DNA of 63,947 nucleotides, counting the filler, from an uncultured bacterium (GTDB lineage Bacteria; Hinthialibacterota; Hinthialibacteria; Hinthialibacterales; Hinthialibacteraceae), in assembly GCA_964449065.1 (NCBI GenBank). It is 3 parts of 3 records of this genome, joined end to end, with 100 filler letters (N's around TTAATTAATTAA, not from the genome) between each part and the next. Parts side by side here need not be neighbours in the genome. Positions count along the whole stretch, not along the records: positions 1 to 26,805 come from CAYVAZ010000022.1; positions 26,906 to 53,173 come from CAYVAZ010000023.1; 1 more part is not named here. The stretch is one strand, 5' to 3'. Below the pieces are notes generated by a model. It did no database searches, had not been told where the DNA came from, and saw only the letters and a program-made list of their open reading frames with translations. This document shows, in pieces, positions 19,879 through 31,897 of the stretch. Position numbers and translations under genes: made by a program. The number at the start of each line of letters is the position of its first letter. The first letter of the stretch is position 1.

Positions 19879-22347
19879 TCAGTTTGTATTCGGGATGTGC
19901 TGGAAAATTCGGTTCGTACGTGTTGTCAATACTTTATAACGTTGCGGGAATATGGTAAGCCGTACTGTACCATCTCTATCGTTGCGGAGTACATTTGCTT
20001 TAATTTTTTCTAATCTTTTGATGGATTCCGCGTGAGGATGGCCATAGGTGTTGCTGCCGGTTTGGATGATGGCGAATTCAGGCAAGGTCTCTTGCAAAAA
20101 GAGTTGGCTGCTGGAATAACGGCTGCCGTGATGCGGTACTTTCATGATGTCTATATCCCAATTATTCAATTGGCTACGAAGCATTTTTTCGGTTGAAAAG
20201 CCGATATCGCCGGTTAAAAGTATCCTTTTTCCGAACGACTCTACAATCATAACAACCGACTGCTCATTGATATCTTTTTGAGTGGTTGCATTGGTTTGGG
20301 GATGCAAAATCCAACAAAGAGTTTTGGAATCCAGCCGAAACGAGTCTCCCCAGTTGACTTTGATGCTGTTGATCTGTTTTTCTTTCAAAACGCCCCTCAA
20401 TTCTTTGTAGGAAACTGAATCAGAGTCTTCGACACCTTCGAGGAAGAGTCCGATATCAAAATTGGCGGCGATATTGGTAAAATCTCCAATATGGTCCGCT
20501 TGGGGGTGGGAAAGTACCATGACGTCAATACGGTTTATGCCCTCCGATAAGAGATATTCCTGCAAACGGCTGAAACGGTATTTTCTCTTTTTATAATGGG
20601 GCGAACCCCCATCCACCAGCATGGTTTTCCCGGAAGGAGTGTGGACAAAAATGCAATCGCCTTGGCCCAGGGCAAGGAAGTCTATCCGTAAGGGTTGGTA
20701 GGGTTTTGCTGCAATGCTGCCAAATAGAAATACGGCCAGCAAAAGCAGCGCGGTTTGATAACGGTAAATAGGTACACTTCCGAACTGAAATAATACGCGG
20801 CGGGGATGAAGGATGAGTAAAAGGACCAAAAGGAATATCGTGGAAAAATACAGGCTCCAACTTGGAAGCACAAACCAAAATGCAGGGTGAGAGAAAAAAC
20901 CGATAACGGCAATCAAGGCATCGCTTAGGGCTATGACTACGTACTCTAAAATCTCTTGTATTGATTGAAGCGGTAAAAATAAAGATATAGACCACATATA
21001 CGTTAGCGGCAGCAACAGCGATAAAACAGGTATGGCTGCTACATTGCCGAAAACGGCTCCCCAGCTGAGAAGATGAAAATAGTGAATGGTGAATGGTGCC
21101 AAGCCAATGACCACAGCCAGTGATGAAGCAAAACCGCGAATACTCCACAATAGCGGTTGGAATGAAATTTTGGTTTGCAGCCATTGATCGTAAGGAGCAA
21201 TCAGCAGGAGTATCAACACCGCCATGAATGACAGTTGAAACGAAGCGAGAAAGAGTTCATTGGGACTGATTAGCAAAAGGATAAATGCCGCGAGTCCTAG
21301 CGAATTCATGGGGTCGGATTTGCGCTGTACGATATGCTGTCCCAATAACACCCACGCCATTAATACCGCGCGGATAGATGGAATTCGGAATCCTACCAAG
21401 CATAAATAAAAGATAGAAAGGAATAAGGTAAGAAAAGCCGCGTGGTTTCTTTTCAAGCGAAGAGTTCTACATCCCCAAAACAGCAGATAGAGAATGAACG
21501 TTACGTGCAACCCGCTGATGGAGGTGATATGCGCCAACCCGGATTCTTGCAGCCGGTTTTTTAGTTCAATTGGCATTTCCCCGCGAATACCGAAGCATAT
21601 AGACGCAAGGAGGGAGATAATTTTTTGCTGCTCGTCTGATGCATCTACAAAATTCTGGATGCGTTTGATACTTTCCCATGCGAGACCCCTCCCCCAAATG
21701 GATGGAGCCGTATTGGTTTCCACTAAATGAACCGGCGAACGTTTATTCAGATACACACTGGCGTGGATGTTTTTGGATTGCAGGTATTCTTGTTCATTAA
21801 ATGCCGATGGGATGGATGGACCCCGGACGGGTGAGAGGTGTCCTGTAAATCGGATGCCGTCTCCTAATGTGATATTTTCAACAACTGGAGAAGGGGCAAA
21901 GCATTCCAACTTGCCGGGGAGAGAATACGTTCGTTGACTTGTCTTGGCGGTGACTTGGTTGAGAACCAGATAGCCGTTTTTATGATCATACCGTTTTTTC
22001 CCGATAACGGTTCCTGTTAGGATTGATTCTCCTTGCGCCGCGATGGTTTCTACTGTTTCGGATGCGGACTTCCATGCTAGAATCTGCAATTCCATTCTTC
22101 CTGCGCCTAAAATGCCGATGAGTAGAAACAGAATTGCAGAGTGAGTATTGGATTTTGTGATGTTGGCGCCTTTTACCCATGCGAACCAAGCCATAATTAA
22201 AAGCAGAATGATTACTAAGACGGATGGCAGCGATACCGGGAAAAATTTTGCGTAGATGATTCCGGCCATGAACGCCAGGGCAATGTTAACCATTGGGCGG
22301 GGAAGAGCAGGAGGATTGGACACTGGTTGAGTATGCAATTGATTCAT
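19879..22347 (-). CDS. comEC: DNA internalization competence protein ComEC/Rec2
   Basis: GLAHITSISGLHV, SFQLSF, LGQGD, SHPQADHIG, LLTGDI, KVPHHGS, YGHPH. Confidence 0.93.
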   Translation of the reverse strand: MNQLHTQPVSNPPALPRPMVNIALAFMAGIIYAKFFPVSLPSVLVIILLLIMAWFAWVKGANITKSNTHSAILFLLIGILGAGRMELQILAWKSASETVETIAAQGESILTGTVIGKKRYDHKNGYLVLNQVTAKTSQRTYSLPGKLECFAPSPVVENITLGDGIRFTGHLSPVRGPSIPSAFNEQEYLQSKNIHASVYLNKRSPVHLVETNTAPSIWGRGLAWESIKRIQNFVDASDEQQKIISLLASICFGIRGEMPIELKNRLQESGLAHITSISGLHVTFILYLLFWGCRTLRLKRNHAAFLTLFLSIFYLCLVGFRIPSIRAVLMAWVLLGQHIVQRKSDPMNSLGLAAFILLLISPNELFLASFQLSFMAVLILLLIAPYDQWLQTKISFQPLLWSIRGFASSLAVVIGLAPFTIHYFHLLSWGAVFGNVAAIPVLSLLLPLTYMWSISLFLPLQSIQEILEYVVIALSDALIAVIGFFSHPAFWFVLPSWSLYFSTIFLLVLLLILHPRRVLFQFGSVPIYRYQTALLLLAVFLFGSIAAKPYQPLRIDFLALGQGDCIFVHTPSGKTMLVDGGSPHYKKRKYRFSRLQEYLLSEGINRIDVMVLSHPQADHIGDFTNIAANFDIGLFLEGVEDSDSVSYKELRGVLKEKQINSIKVNWGDSFRLDSKTLCWILHPQTNATTQKDINEQSVVMIVESFGKRILLTGDIGFSTEKMLRSQLNNWDIDIMKVPHHGSRYSSSQLFLQETLPEFAIIQTGSNTYGHPHAESIKRLEKIKANVLRNDRDGTVRLTIFPQRYKVLTTRTNRIFQHIPNTN

Positions 22348-22442
22348 GGGTTCAATCTGCTATATTACACTCAGTTTATATCCGTTTAGGATGTATTGAA
22401 ATTGCCATACATCCAAACAAATGGCAAGCCAAAGGATTCCGT

Positions 22443-23537
22443 ATGTTTAACCGCATCAAGCAATGGTGGGATTCCAGCGCGAACGACCCCCGCGGTGTGT
22501 ATCCCGCAGCGCATTTGAAAGACATTATTCTATTTGTCACCGACCGCTGCAACATGAAATGCGATCACTGTATGTTTTGGGAGCGCATTGACGCCCCCGG
22601 CGATGAGCATTCCCTGCGTGAATTGGAAGTCATGGCGGCTTCCATTCCCCCATTGCGGACGGTATCGGTTACCGGCGGCGAGCCGTTTTTGCGCAACGAT
22701 CTGCATCAAATTGTAGAAACATTCTATCGGGATAATCAATCCCATCATGTGCAAATCAACACGAACGGTTTGTTGATGAAACGTATGGAAGAATTGGTGA
22801 CCAGCCACCTTGCGTTGAAGTATGAGAAGTATTTGACCTTTCAGGTCAGCATCGACGGGCCGGAAGAACAGCATGATAAGGTAAGACGGATGCCCGGCAG
22901 TTATAAAAAGATATTGGAAAACCTGAAGCGGTTGGTTGATTTAAAAGAAAAACATCCGTTCTTCCGCCCGATAGTTTTGACCAACATCAACCGTTCAAAC
23001 TATGAGTATATTGAAGAGATTGCCGACACGTTATGGTACGAAGTTGGGGTGGAACACGCTTATGATTTGGTGCGCGGCGAAAGTTTTTCGGCATGGGATA
23101 TCCCGGAAGCGATACGGCAAAAAGAAGACCCGCGCGACTCTGACTTGCCGCCGATGGAGAAATTGGATGAGATTCTTGACGCCATCAAACGGATTAACCA
23201 GCGTGAGGGTGGGGTGCATCAGCAGTGTGTGCAGCAGTTGGAAACCCAAATCAATATGTACAAGGGAATCCCCACTCCCTTTAAATGTTTAACTGCCGGC
23301 CGGACTATCGGCGTAATCTACAGTGACGGTTCCGTTGCCGCGTGTGAGTTCACCACACCGTTTGCGAATTTGGCGGATTATGAATACGACCTGGGAAAAT
23401 TATGGGCATCCGAAATGGCGGACCGGCGCCGGAATCAAATTACTGGTTGTGCCTGCACGCATAGTTGTTTTGTACTGACCAGTTTGGTGGAATGGGAAGA
23501 ACAGCGGCAGCAAAACAAAATAGCCGTTGTGGCATAA
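22443..23537 (+). CDS. Radical SAM protein with C-terminal SPASM/twitch domain
   Basis: CNMKCDHC, TGGEPFLR, QVSIDG, C-terminal CLTAG...GSVAACE...CACTHSC; start trimmed to ATG 22443. Confidence 0.88.
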   Translation: MFNRIKQWWDSSANDPRGVYPAAHLKDIILFVTDRCNMKCDHCMFWERIDAPGDEHSLRELEVMAASIPPLRTVSVTGGEPFLRNDLHQIVETFYRDNQSHHVQINTNGLLMKRMEELVTSHLALKYEKYLTFQVSIDGPEEQHDKVRRMPGSYKKILENLKRLVDLKEKHPFFRPIVLTNINRSNYEYIEEIADTLWYEVGVEHAYDLVRGESFSAWDIPEAIRQKEDPRDSDLPPMEKLDEILDAIKRINQREGGVHQQCVQQLETQINMYKGIPTPFKCLTAGRTIGVIYSDGSVAACEFTTPFANLADYEYDLGKLWASEMADRRRNQITGCACTHSCFVLTSLVEWEEQRQQNKIAVVA

Positions 23538-23559
23538 CGTTTCATAATACGCTTCTCTT

Positions 23560-24474
23560 ATGAATTTATCTCAATCTACGGAATCTAACCCTCAAATATC
23601 TGTGGTATTTATCTCATGGAACCGCAAAGAACTATTACAGGCGGCGGTTCAGTCTCTAAAGGATCAATACTATCCAAACATTGAGTATATTGTCGTGGAT
23701 AACGGCTCGACCGATGGTTCATTGGAGTGGCTTCGTTCATCTGGAGAAATCAAACTAATTGAAAATGGGGAAAACGTTGGTGCCAGTGCTGCCCGCAATC
23801 AGGGAACCCGGGTTGCGAACGGTAAATACATTATTTATATGGATTCGGACGCGGAATTGCGAACACCGGGCGCTTTACAAACGTTTGTTAAACAGATGGA
23901 AGCTGACCCATCCATTGGCGGGATGGCTGGAATCTTCTTTACCGATGAAGAGTTAATCCAACTCTGGTGTTGGACACCCTGCATGGATTGGGAGGCAAAT
24001 CATGACGCTCCTAATTCTCTCGTTCCTATTGACATACCACAAGTCATTTCGACTTGTTTCTCAATTTATCCATTGCATGTGATTCAGGAAATCGGCGGAT
24101 TTGATGAATACTTTTTTTATTTATATGAAGACGGAGATTTGTGTGAGCGTATCCGAAAAAAGGGGTACCGTCTTGTTGTTGATCCTAATGTAAAGATTTT
24201 GCACCGTTATGCGGAAAAAGGACGGTTGACACACGAACAGATTGACTATCATTATTACCATGAGCGTCTACGGTTGTATTTTTTGCTAAAAAACTGGGGC
24301 GTGAGACGATTTTTACGTTCGTTCATATCGAAATGGCGGGCATGTAATTCTTATCGAAAGCAGTTTGATTACCTTACATTGATCGACTTTTTTCGGATTT
24401 ATGGTATTCGTCCGGTGAGTTTATTGTTAAGATATTTTTGGATTTGCAGAAGACGAAAGAAGAACTGGTTGTAA
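23560..24474 (+). CDS. GT2 glycosyltransferase
   Basis: VVDNGSTDGS, ARNQG, MDSDAE, GGFDEYFFYLYEDGDL. Confidence 0.9.
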   Translation: MNLSQSTESNPQISVVFISWNRKELLQAAVQSLKDQYYPNIEYIVVDNGSTDGSLEWLRSSGEIKLIENGENVGASAARNQGTRVANGKYIIYMDSDAELRTPGALQTFVKQMEADPSIGGMAGIFFTDEELIQLWCWTPCMDWEANHDAPNSLVPIDIPQVISTCFSIYPLHVIQEIGGFDEYFFYLYEDGDLCERIRKKGYRLVVDPNVKILHRYAEKGRLTHEQIDYHYYHERLRLYFLLKNWGVRRFLRSFISKWRACNSYRKQFDYLTLIDFFRIYGIRPVSLLLRYFWICRRRKKNWL

Positions 24475-24555
24475 GCTGAGTGAATTTAGACAATTACATT
24501 TGATTTGTGTTTATAGCGTTTTTCGGGACAAATCGAAACTTTTTTGAAATCCCGC

Positions 24556-24584
24556 TTGACATAAACTTCAAGTTATCTTATAGT
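24556..24584 (+). promoter_or_regulatory. Near-consensus sigma70 promoter
   Basis: TTGACA-N17-TATAGT about 200 nt upstream of ATG 24784. Confidence 0.65.
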
Positions 24585-24783
24585 TAAGACGAAAATAGCA
24601 GAGTACGTATTGATCTGTCAGTTTGGTTGTATTGGGAATGAAAAAATGAAAAGACAAAATTACATAACGCCATTCGATATGACAGAGAAGGAGGCGGATA
24701 TCATTTAAAAGCTATTTGCTCCTCTAGGATTGGTAAATTTACCAAACCTAAATCTTTAAACCCTAGAAAGGGGGACGTATCGA

Positions 24784-26403
24784 ATGAGAAAGCTGTCAGT
24801 ACTAACAAGTTTTGCAGCCTTAGCGCTGCTCGCAGCTCCAGTAGCAAACGCAGATACGCTTCTTGCGGTAGATCCGCCGGATGTGAATCTTGCTCCTGGA
24901 ACAACTGCATCCGACACGTTTGACTTGGACGACTTCTTTAACTCCACAGCCGGTGATATTTCCTACACCGTAAGTGGTGGAAGCGCCAATGCAGACAATG
25001 TCGCGACTGTAGACGGGTTGGCCGATGTCGGCTCAACCACATTTTCCGTTGAAGGCACAAATGGCACAGATACATTGACTGTTTCCAGCAGTGTATTTGT
25101 CAGTACCTTTAACATCACCAACGGCCCGGACATCAACAACAACAACCGTTGGGTTGGTGTAGACGGCGGAAACAAATTCGCTCAGTTCTTGGCACCTGGT
25201 GGTTCGTTTAGCTCTTCCGTACCTTTGGGCAACTTGCCTCAAGGCGGCGGCGGCGGCACCGGTTCACCTGGTGGTGTAACGGGTGGCGGCGTTACCGGCG
25301 CGGCGGCGTTGATTCAAACCATCGCTTCTGTTGGTTTGACAACCGACCTTGTAACTGGTTTGCGCGAGCGTACCATTAATGGTGATGTAGCAAGTGGAAG
25401 CAATGGTCAATTGACTGTTGAATTGAACGCCGACGGTTCTTATACCGTAACAGCTGGCGACAACTTCAGCGGCAACCACATCGTTACTTTGGGTGCAACT
25501 GCAGCCGGTACCGATGCGGTACACGTCTTGGCTTCTGCCGCAACTGAATTGGGCGCTCCATTTGTTGGAACCCACACCGCTACTGCTGATGCTCCTGCAT
25601 TGGTTTTTGGTGATGGTTCGCCGATTCCTGTAAGTGGCAGTATGGCTACCGTAACCGTTTACTACCAAACTTCTGATGCAAATGCAGTTATCGCAGCTGT
25701 TGGCTTTGATGGTGCCTTGGCTGGTGAAACGGTTAGCTTCACCAACTCAAGCGGCGCTCAAATCGACGCTTCCGGTACTGTAAAAGGCTTGGCGACTTCC
25801 TTCACGGTAACCAGCGGCAGTGTTATTCCTGCTGTTCAGGTTGCTTCCAGTGGCGGTTCTGTAACAGTAGATGTTGTACGTATGACTGTTGCAAGTGCCG
25901 GCCCATTGCATGACTTTGCGTTAAACCCGAACCACACTGTACCATTGAGTGTTTCCGCAGACAGCACAGACGGCTGGATTGCTGACATTCTTGGCTCTGG
26001 TGCTTCCGGTCCTGCTGCTGATTCTGCAAGCAACTTTGCTTCTGCAGGCAGCTTGGCCCTGAACGGTTCAGGCGGTATTGCGAACGCTGCCACACAAACT
26101 TTATTGCCTGGCGGTGAAGTCGCTGCTGAGTGCTACGTACAAAGCGGCGGCGGCGAAGGCGCATTTGCTCTTGCTTTGACAGACGGTGCAGGTTTCAGCT
26201 TGCAAGCAACCAAATTGCCTTCACAATTGCCTGCTGACGGATGGCAAAAAGTTACCGTTTCCGGTACTGTTGCTTCCGGTGGTGTTGATGCAGCCTTCTT
26301 GGTTGTTCAAGCAGCTGGTTTCGACGCATTGGTTGACGACGTAGTTGTTCGTGCAATCGACGACAAACCAGAACACTTTGACGCCGACTTGCTCGGTGGT
26401 TAA
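24784..26403 (+). CDS. Secreted Gly/Ala/Thr/Ser-rich surface protein, probable S-layer/major envelope protein
   Basis: Signal peptide ending ANA; acidic, beta-rich composition; strongly biased codons (GCT/GGT/TTC/AAC); own promoter and terminator. Confidence 0.6.
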   Translation: MRKLSVLTSFAALALLAAPVANADTLLAVDPPDVNLAPGTTASDTFDLDDFFNSTAGDISYTVSGGSANADNVATVDGLADVGSTTFSVEGTNGTDTLTVSSSVFVSTFNITNGPDINNNNRWVGVDGGNKFAQFLAPGGSFSSSVPLGNLPQGGGGGTGSPGGVTGGGVTGAAALIQTIASVGLTTDLVTGLRERTINGDVASGSNGQLTVELNADGSYTVTAGDNFSGNHIVTLGATAAGTDAVHVLASAATELGAPFVGTHTATADAPALVFGDGSPIPVSGSMATVTVYYQTSDANAVIAAVGFDGALAGETVSFTNSSGAQIDASGTVKGLATSFTVTSGSVIPAVQVASSGGSVTVDVVRMTVASAGPLHDFALNPNHTVPLSVSADSTDGWIADILGSGASGPAADSASNFASAGSLALNGSGGIANAATQTLLPGGEVAAECYVQSGGGEGAFALALTDGAGFSLQATKLPSQLPADGWQKVTVSGTVASGGVDAAFLVVQAAGFDALVDDVVVRAIDDKPEHFDADLLGG

Positions 26404-26445
26404 TTTCTAGCGCTAACAAAAACAAAATCCTGAGGTCTTAAACTG

Positions 26446-26476
26446 AGGGCGGAGTCGACGGGCTCCGCCCTTTTTC
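26446..26476 (+). terminator. Rho-independent terminator
   Basis: AGGGCGGAG...CTCCGCCCT stem followed by T-run. Confidence 0.85.
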
Positions 26477-26621
26477 TATGTTTAGAGGTTTTGTGTTTAG
26501 ATGGTTTTGTTCAAATGTGATAAAATTAAATAGCGAAAAGGGGTAAACTTATACCAAACGAAAAATGAAATATCCGCTTTCGGTACGAGTGGTTGGCTGT
26601 GGTTGCTAAAGTGCACATATT

Positions 26622-26643
26622 ACCGGCTGGAAGCCGATGCTAC
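26622..26643. repeat. REP-like palindrome
   Basis: ACCGGCTGGAAGCCGATGCTAC with CGGCT-GGA-AGCCG stem-loop. Confidence 0.4.
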
Positions 26644-26805
26644 CCGGTTTCTATCATACGTGGTTACAAACCCCTCTGTGTTTCCCCCAACTTGCTGTGG
26701 TTTACCCACAATGAACATAATGAACATATCGTAAGCAAATGCCTTACTTAACTGATGTTACGCAATCCATGAATGTCTATTGCTTGAAAAATGGTTTTTG
26801 TTGTG

Positions 26806-26905
26806 NNNNNNNNNNNNNNNNNNNNNNNNNNNNNNNNNNNNNNNNNNNNTTAATTAATTAANNNNNNNNNNNNNNNNNNNNNNNNNNNNNNNNNNNNNNN
26901 NNNNN
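26806..26905. other. Assembly gap with six-frame stop linker
   Basis: N-run containing TTAATTAATTAA; 100 nt total. Confidence 0.95.
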
Positions 26906-27821
<916 letters not shown>

Positions 27822-27857
27822 TTACCTCTCTTTTATCCAGCCGTGTATCCAGCCATG

Positions 27858-28739
27858 CTACCCGGAAAGGGCATCCGCACCGCTGACGATTTCAAGAATT
27901 TCATTGGTAATCATCGTTTGCCGCGCTTTGTTCATATCAAGCGTGATAGAGGATATCAGCTCCTCGCAGTTCTCGTTGGCGGCACTCATCGCCAACATGC
28001 GGGCTTGGTGCTCTGCCGTGAAGGTATCCAAAAACGCGAACAATACTTTGTTTTCTACATATTTTGGTAACAACTGTGATAACACGGCTTCGGCATTCGG
28101 TTCAAATATATATTCACTCTTCATGCCGTCTTTTTCTTCGGATTCTTTGACAACAGCAAGTTCATCGCCTTTTAACGGCAGCAGCAGTTCACGCTTGGGC
28201 AAATACGTCATGGCCGATACCGCCGAATTGTGTAGCAACACTATTTCATCATAATCGCCGGTTTCAAATGAATGGCGAATTTCTTTGGCGATTTCCAGAA
28301 TGCGGGGCACATCGATGTTTCCCAAAAAATCCACATGCGCTTTGGTGATGTTATACGAGCGTTTTTTAAAAAAATCGTTCGCCCGTTTGCCGACGATGTA
28401 TAAATCCGTTGGGATACCGGAGGTTTCGCTTAAGTAATCCTGGCAGTAGCGGTTAATCGTGTTGTTGAACGCGCCGCACAACCCGCGGTCGGAGGAGTAT
28501 AACACCACCAAGCGCTTTTCCACCGGACGGACTTCCGCCAAGGGCTGACCTTCTAGCCCGGCGCTGGATACCACCCGCGAAACCAATGCCTTCAAATGAT
28601 CGGCATACGGCTTTGCCTTTTCACGGCGGTCTTGTGATTTCCGCATTTTAGACGCAGAAACCGAACGCATAGCCCGTGTGATGAGCTTGGTGTTTTTCAC
28701 ACTCTTTAACCGGCGTCGCAAATCTTTAATTGACGGCAT
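27858..28739 (-). CDS. atpG: ATP synthase F1 gamma subunit
   Basis: KLITRAM, SDRGLCGAFN, NKARQTMITNEILEIVSG. Confidence 0.96.
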   Translation of the reverse strand: MPSIKDLRRRLKSVKNTKLITRAMRSVSASKMRKSQDRREKAKPYADHLKALVSRVVSSAGLEGQPLAEVRPVEKRLVVLYSSDRGLCGAFNNTINRYCQDYLSETSGIPTDLYIVGKRANDFFKKRSYNITKAHVDFLGNIDVPRILEIAKEIRHSFETGDYDEIVLLHNSAVSAMTYLPKRELLLPLKGDELAVVKESEEKDGMKSEYIFEPNAEAVLSQLLPKYVENKVLFAFLDTFTAEHQARMLAMSAANENCEELISSITLDMNKARQTMITNEILEIVSGADALSG

Positions 28740-28775
28740 AATCCAACCTAATCACGTAAAATTCTGTTTGGCGTT

Positions 28776-28795
28776 CCCCCCTTATTCGGGGGCAA
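28776..28795. repeat. Short C6/G5 palindrome, similar to the copy at 49398
   Basis: CCCCCCTTATTCGGGGGCAA vs CCCCCCTTAATAAGGGGGCAA. Confidence 0.45.
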
Positions 28796-28839
28796 AGAGG
28801 GATCGAAGCCAGCAATCATCCCCAAAAATACTCTATAAA

Positions 28840-30351
28840 TTAGCTAGCCTTAAACTGCTCTTTATACTTCTTGATACCTTCGTTCAGTTTTTCTTTGGAG
28901 GCATCGGATATCACTTTTTCATCGCGGATAGCATGAATCGCATCCGGATATTCTTTTTCTAAATAGGGAAACAACCCTGCTTCAAATTTTTTAATATCTT
29001 TTGTGGGCACGTCATCCAAGAAACCATTCGCGCCGGCATAGATGATGGCGACCTGGCGTTCAAGTGAAAGCGGATCGTATTGATCCTGCTTAAGAATCTC
29101 TGTCATCTTTTCCCCGCGGGTCAATTGGGCTTGAGTGGATTTATCCAAATCCGAACCAAACTGCGCAAAGGCTTGAAGTTCGCGGTATTGCGCCAAGTCA
29201 AGACGAAGACGGCCGGCGATTGATTTCATCGCTTTGGTCTGCGCGCTTCCGCCAACGCGGGAGACGGAAAGCCCTACATTAATCGCCGGTTTAACCCCCG
29301 CATAGAACAAGTCCGGCTCCAAATAAATCTGGCCATCGGTAATTGAAATCACGTTGGTCGGAATATAAGCCGAAACGTCACCTGCCTGGGTCTCAATAAT
29401 CGGCAAAGCGGTTAAGGATCCTCCGCCTTTTTCATCATTCAATTTCGCCGCGCGCTCCAACAATCTGCTGTGCAGATAGAACACATCACCGGGGTAGGCC
29501 TCGCGTCCGGGAGGACGGCGCAGCAGCAGCGACAACTGGCGGTAAGCTGCGGCCTGTTTGGTTAAGTCATCATAAATCACAAGAGAATGCTTGCCGTTGT
29601 ACAAGAAATGCTCGCCCATCGCGCAGCCCGCGTATGGAGCGATATACTGCAATGGCGCGGGTTGCTCCGCGGTCGCGGAAACAACGGTGGTGTATTCCAT
29701 CGCGCCGTTTTTACGAAGCACTTCAACCACACCCGCCACGCTTGACGCTTTTTGGCCAATAGCAACATAAACACAGTGAACATCAGTATCTTTTTGGTTG
29801 ATGATGGTGTCGATGGCCACCGCACTCTTGCCGGTACCGCGGTCACCGATGATTAACTCACGCTGGCCGCGGCCGATCGGGATCATGGAGTCGATCGCCT
29901 TGATCCCAGTCATCAGCGGCTCTTTAACCGGCTGGCGGTCAATCACGCTCGGTGCGGGAATCTCAATCGGACGGGTTTCTTCGGTAGCGATGGCGCCTTT
30001 GCCGTCAAGCGGTTCACCGACCGGGTTCACAACACGCCCCAATAACGCGTCGCCGACCGGTACGGAAGCGATTTTCTCCGTCCGCTTTACGGTATCACCT
30101 TCTTTAATGTGGGTATCCGAACCAAAGAGCGCAGCACCCACGCTGTTTTCTTCCAGGTTTAACACCATGCCCAATGTGCCGCCGGGGAACTCAAGCAGCT
30201 CACCCGCCATCGCGTCTTGCAAGCCGTATATGGTAGCAATCCCATCGCCGATCCGCAGGATCGTGCCAACGGAATCCATTTGAAGCCCGGCTTCAAACGA
30301 GGACAGTTCTTGTTCCAATACAGATGTAATTTCTTCCGGTCGCAGTGCCAT
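28840..30351 (-). CDS. atpA: ATP synthase F1 alpha subunit
   Basis: [38 protein letters not shown]. Confidence 0.98.
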   Translation of the reverse strand: MALRPEEITSVLEQELSSFEAGLQMDSVGTILRIGDGIATIYGLQDAMAGELLEFPGGTLGMVLNLEENSVGAALFGSDTHIKEGDTVKRTEKIASVPVGDALLGRVVNPVGEPLDGKGAIATEETRPIEIPAPSVIDRQPVKEPLMTGIKAIDSMIPIGRGQRELIIGDRGTGKSAVAIDTIINQKDTDVHCVYVAIGQKASSVAGVVEVLRKNGAMEYTTVVSATAEQPAPLQYIAPYAGCAMGEHFLYNGKHSLVIYDDLTKQAAAYRQLSLLLRRPPGREAYPGDVFYLHSRLLERAAKLNDEKGGGSLTALPIIETQAGDVSAYIPTNVISITDGQIYLEPDLFYAGVKPAINVGLSVSRVGGSAQTKAMKSIAGRLRLDLAQYRELQAFAQFGSDLDKSTQAQLTRGEKMTEILKQDQYDPLSLERQVAIIYAGANGFLDDVPTKDIKKFEAGLFPYLEKEYPDAIHAIRDEKVISDASKEKLNEGIKKYKEQFKAS

Positions 30352-30439
30352 GATTACCTCACACTCCCTTGTGGAGTATTTCTAACGTATAATAGTTCTA
30401 ACGTAATGATGCGGCGTTGTATCCGGTGCCGCTAAACCG

Positions 30440-31006
30440 CTACGAAGCAACCCGCAAAATTCTTGCTTCTCTCAATTTTTTGCGCAAATCGTTTAAACCG
30501 GTTTCAATGCTGGAATCCAATAGCATATCGCCATACTGCACACGCACCCCGCCAATCAACGATGGATTCACCTTAAACGCAAAATGAAATTTCTTCTTGA
30601 ATGTTTCTTCCAACTTTCTTTGAAGGTACTCTTTTCTCTCATCACTCAATTCAATGGCCGTTTGCACCGTGCCGGATACAATGCCCTGCGTTTCTTCAAT
30701 CCGCAATTTTAGCTGCGCTAAAATTGCGGGAAGATATTCCGGACGGTTGCGGCGAAGAAGCAGCAGCAAAAACAGGAAGAACGTTTGCGCCAGTTTACCC
30801 TTCAGTGTTTTTTCTACAAATCGCTGTTTCTCATCTTCGCGAAACTGGGGGCCAATTAAAAACACCATGAACTTGGGATGCGTTTCGATCAATTCTTCAA
30901 TCGCATTGGCTTCATTCAAGGCCTCATCCAAGGGCAAATTTACCTTTTGGATGGCCATCAGCAGCGCGTGAGCGTAATTGTTGGCAACCGTTTGATCGAT
31001 CTGCAC
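30440..31006 (-). CDS. atpH: ATP synthase delta subunit
   Basis: VANNYAHAL, NPSLIGGVRV..GD..LDSSI; operon position. Confidence 0.92.
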   Translation of the reverse strand: MQIDQTVANNYAHALLMAIQKVNLPLDEALNEANAIEELIETHPKFMVFLIGPQFREDEKQRFVEKTLKGKLAQTFFLFLLLLLRRNRPEYLPAILAQLKLRIEETQGIVSGTVQTAIELSDERKEYLQRKLEETFKKKFHFAFKVNPSLIGGVRVQYGDMLLDSSIETGLNDLRKKLREARILRVAS

Positions 31007-31009
31007 GCC

Positions 31010-31549
31010 TTAGTTCCTTTCTACTTCCGAAAGAAAGTTGTCTACCAATTGCCGGTGTTTTTCGTCATTCAGCTTTTCGTGAATGAGTTTTTCCGTCGCT
31101 TGCAGGGTCATGCTGACGATTTCATGCTTCAACTCCACCCGCGCGCGTTCGGTTTCGGCTTGAATGTTTTTCTGTGCCTTTTCCAAAATCGCGGACGCTT
31201 CAACATGAGCCTTATCCTGAATGGACTTTGAGATTTCTTTGCCTTCGCTGATGAGTTCCTGCATTTTTGCGCGCGCTTCGGTTTCGATGTTGCGCAGGCG
31301 TTCATCCAACTCGTCGCGTTCGCGCTTGGCTTCCTGCTGAAGATCTTCGGCTTTCTTTAAATCTTCCGCAATCTTGTCGCGGCGCTCATCGATGATCGAC
31401 AAAATCGGATCAAAAGCGTATTCTTTCAATATCCAATACACCAGCAAAAACACAATGATGGTGATAATGACTTGACCAAAGTAGTTTTCCGCTCCCCCTT
31501 CGGAAGCCGTAACCACGAATTGATTAAGCATTTGGAGAGAACTATTCAC
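31010..31549 (-). CDS. atpF: ATP synthase Fo b subunit
   Basis: N-terminal TM, PILSIIDERR, long coiled coil. Confidence 0.92.
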   Translation of the reverse strand: MNSSLQMLNQFVVTASEGGAENYFGQVIITIIVFLLVYWILKEYAFDPILSIIDERRDKIAEDLKKAEDLQQEAKRERDELDERLRNIETEARAKMQELISEGKEISKSIQDKAHVEASAILEKAQKNIQAETERARVELKHEIVSMTLQATEKLIHEKLNDEKHRQLVDNFLSEVERN

Positions 31550-31589
31550 AATACATCTCCTTGCTTAGAAAGATTGTTTTCTGTTTGGA

Positions 31590-31841
<252 letters not shown>

Positions 31842-31897
31842 CTATTCGTTTATTGAATTCTCAACCGAGAATTTTGGTTTCGTTACAAATCTCTTAT

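Noticed and set aside
26806..26905. TTAATTAATTAA inside N-runs (also 53174-53273) and apparent atpD truncation/atpC loss
   Set aside because: Artificial contig linker; missing sequence reflects assembly, not biology
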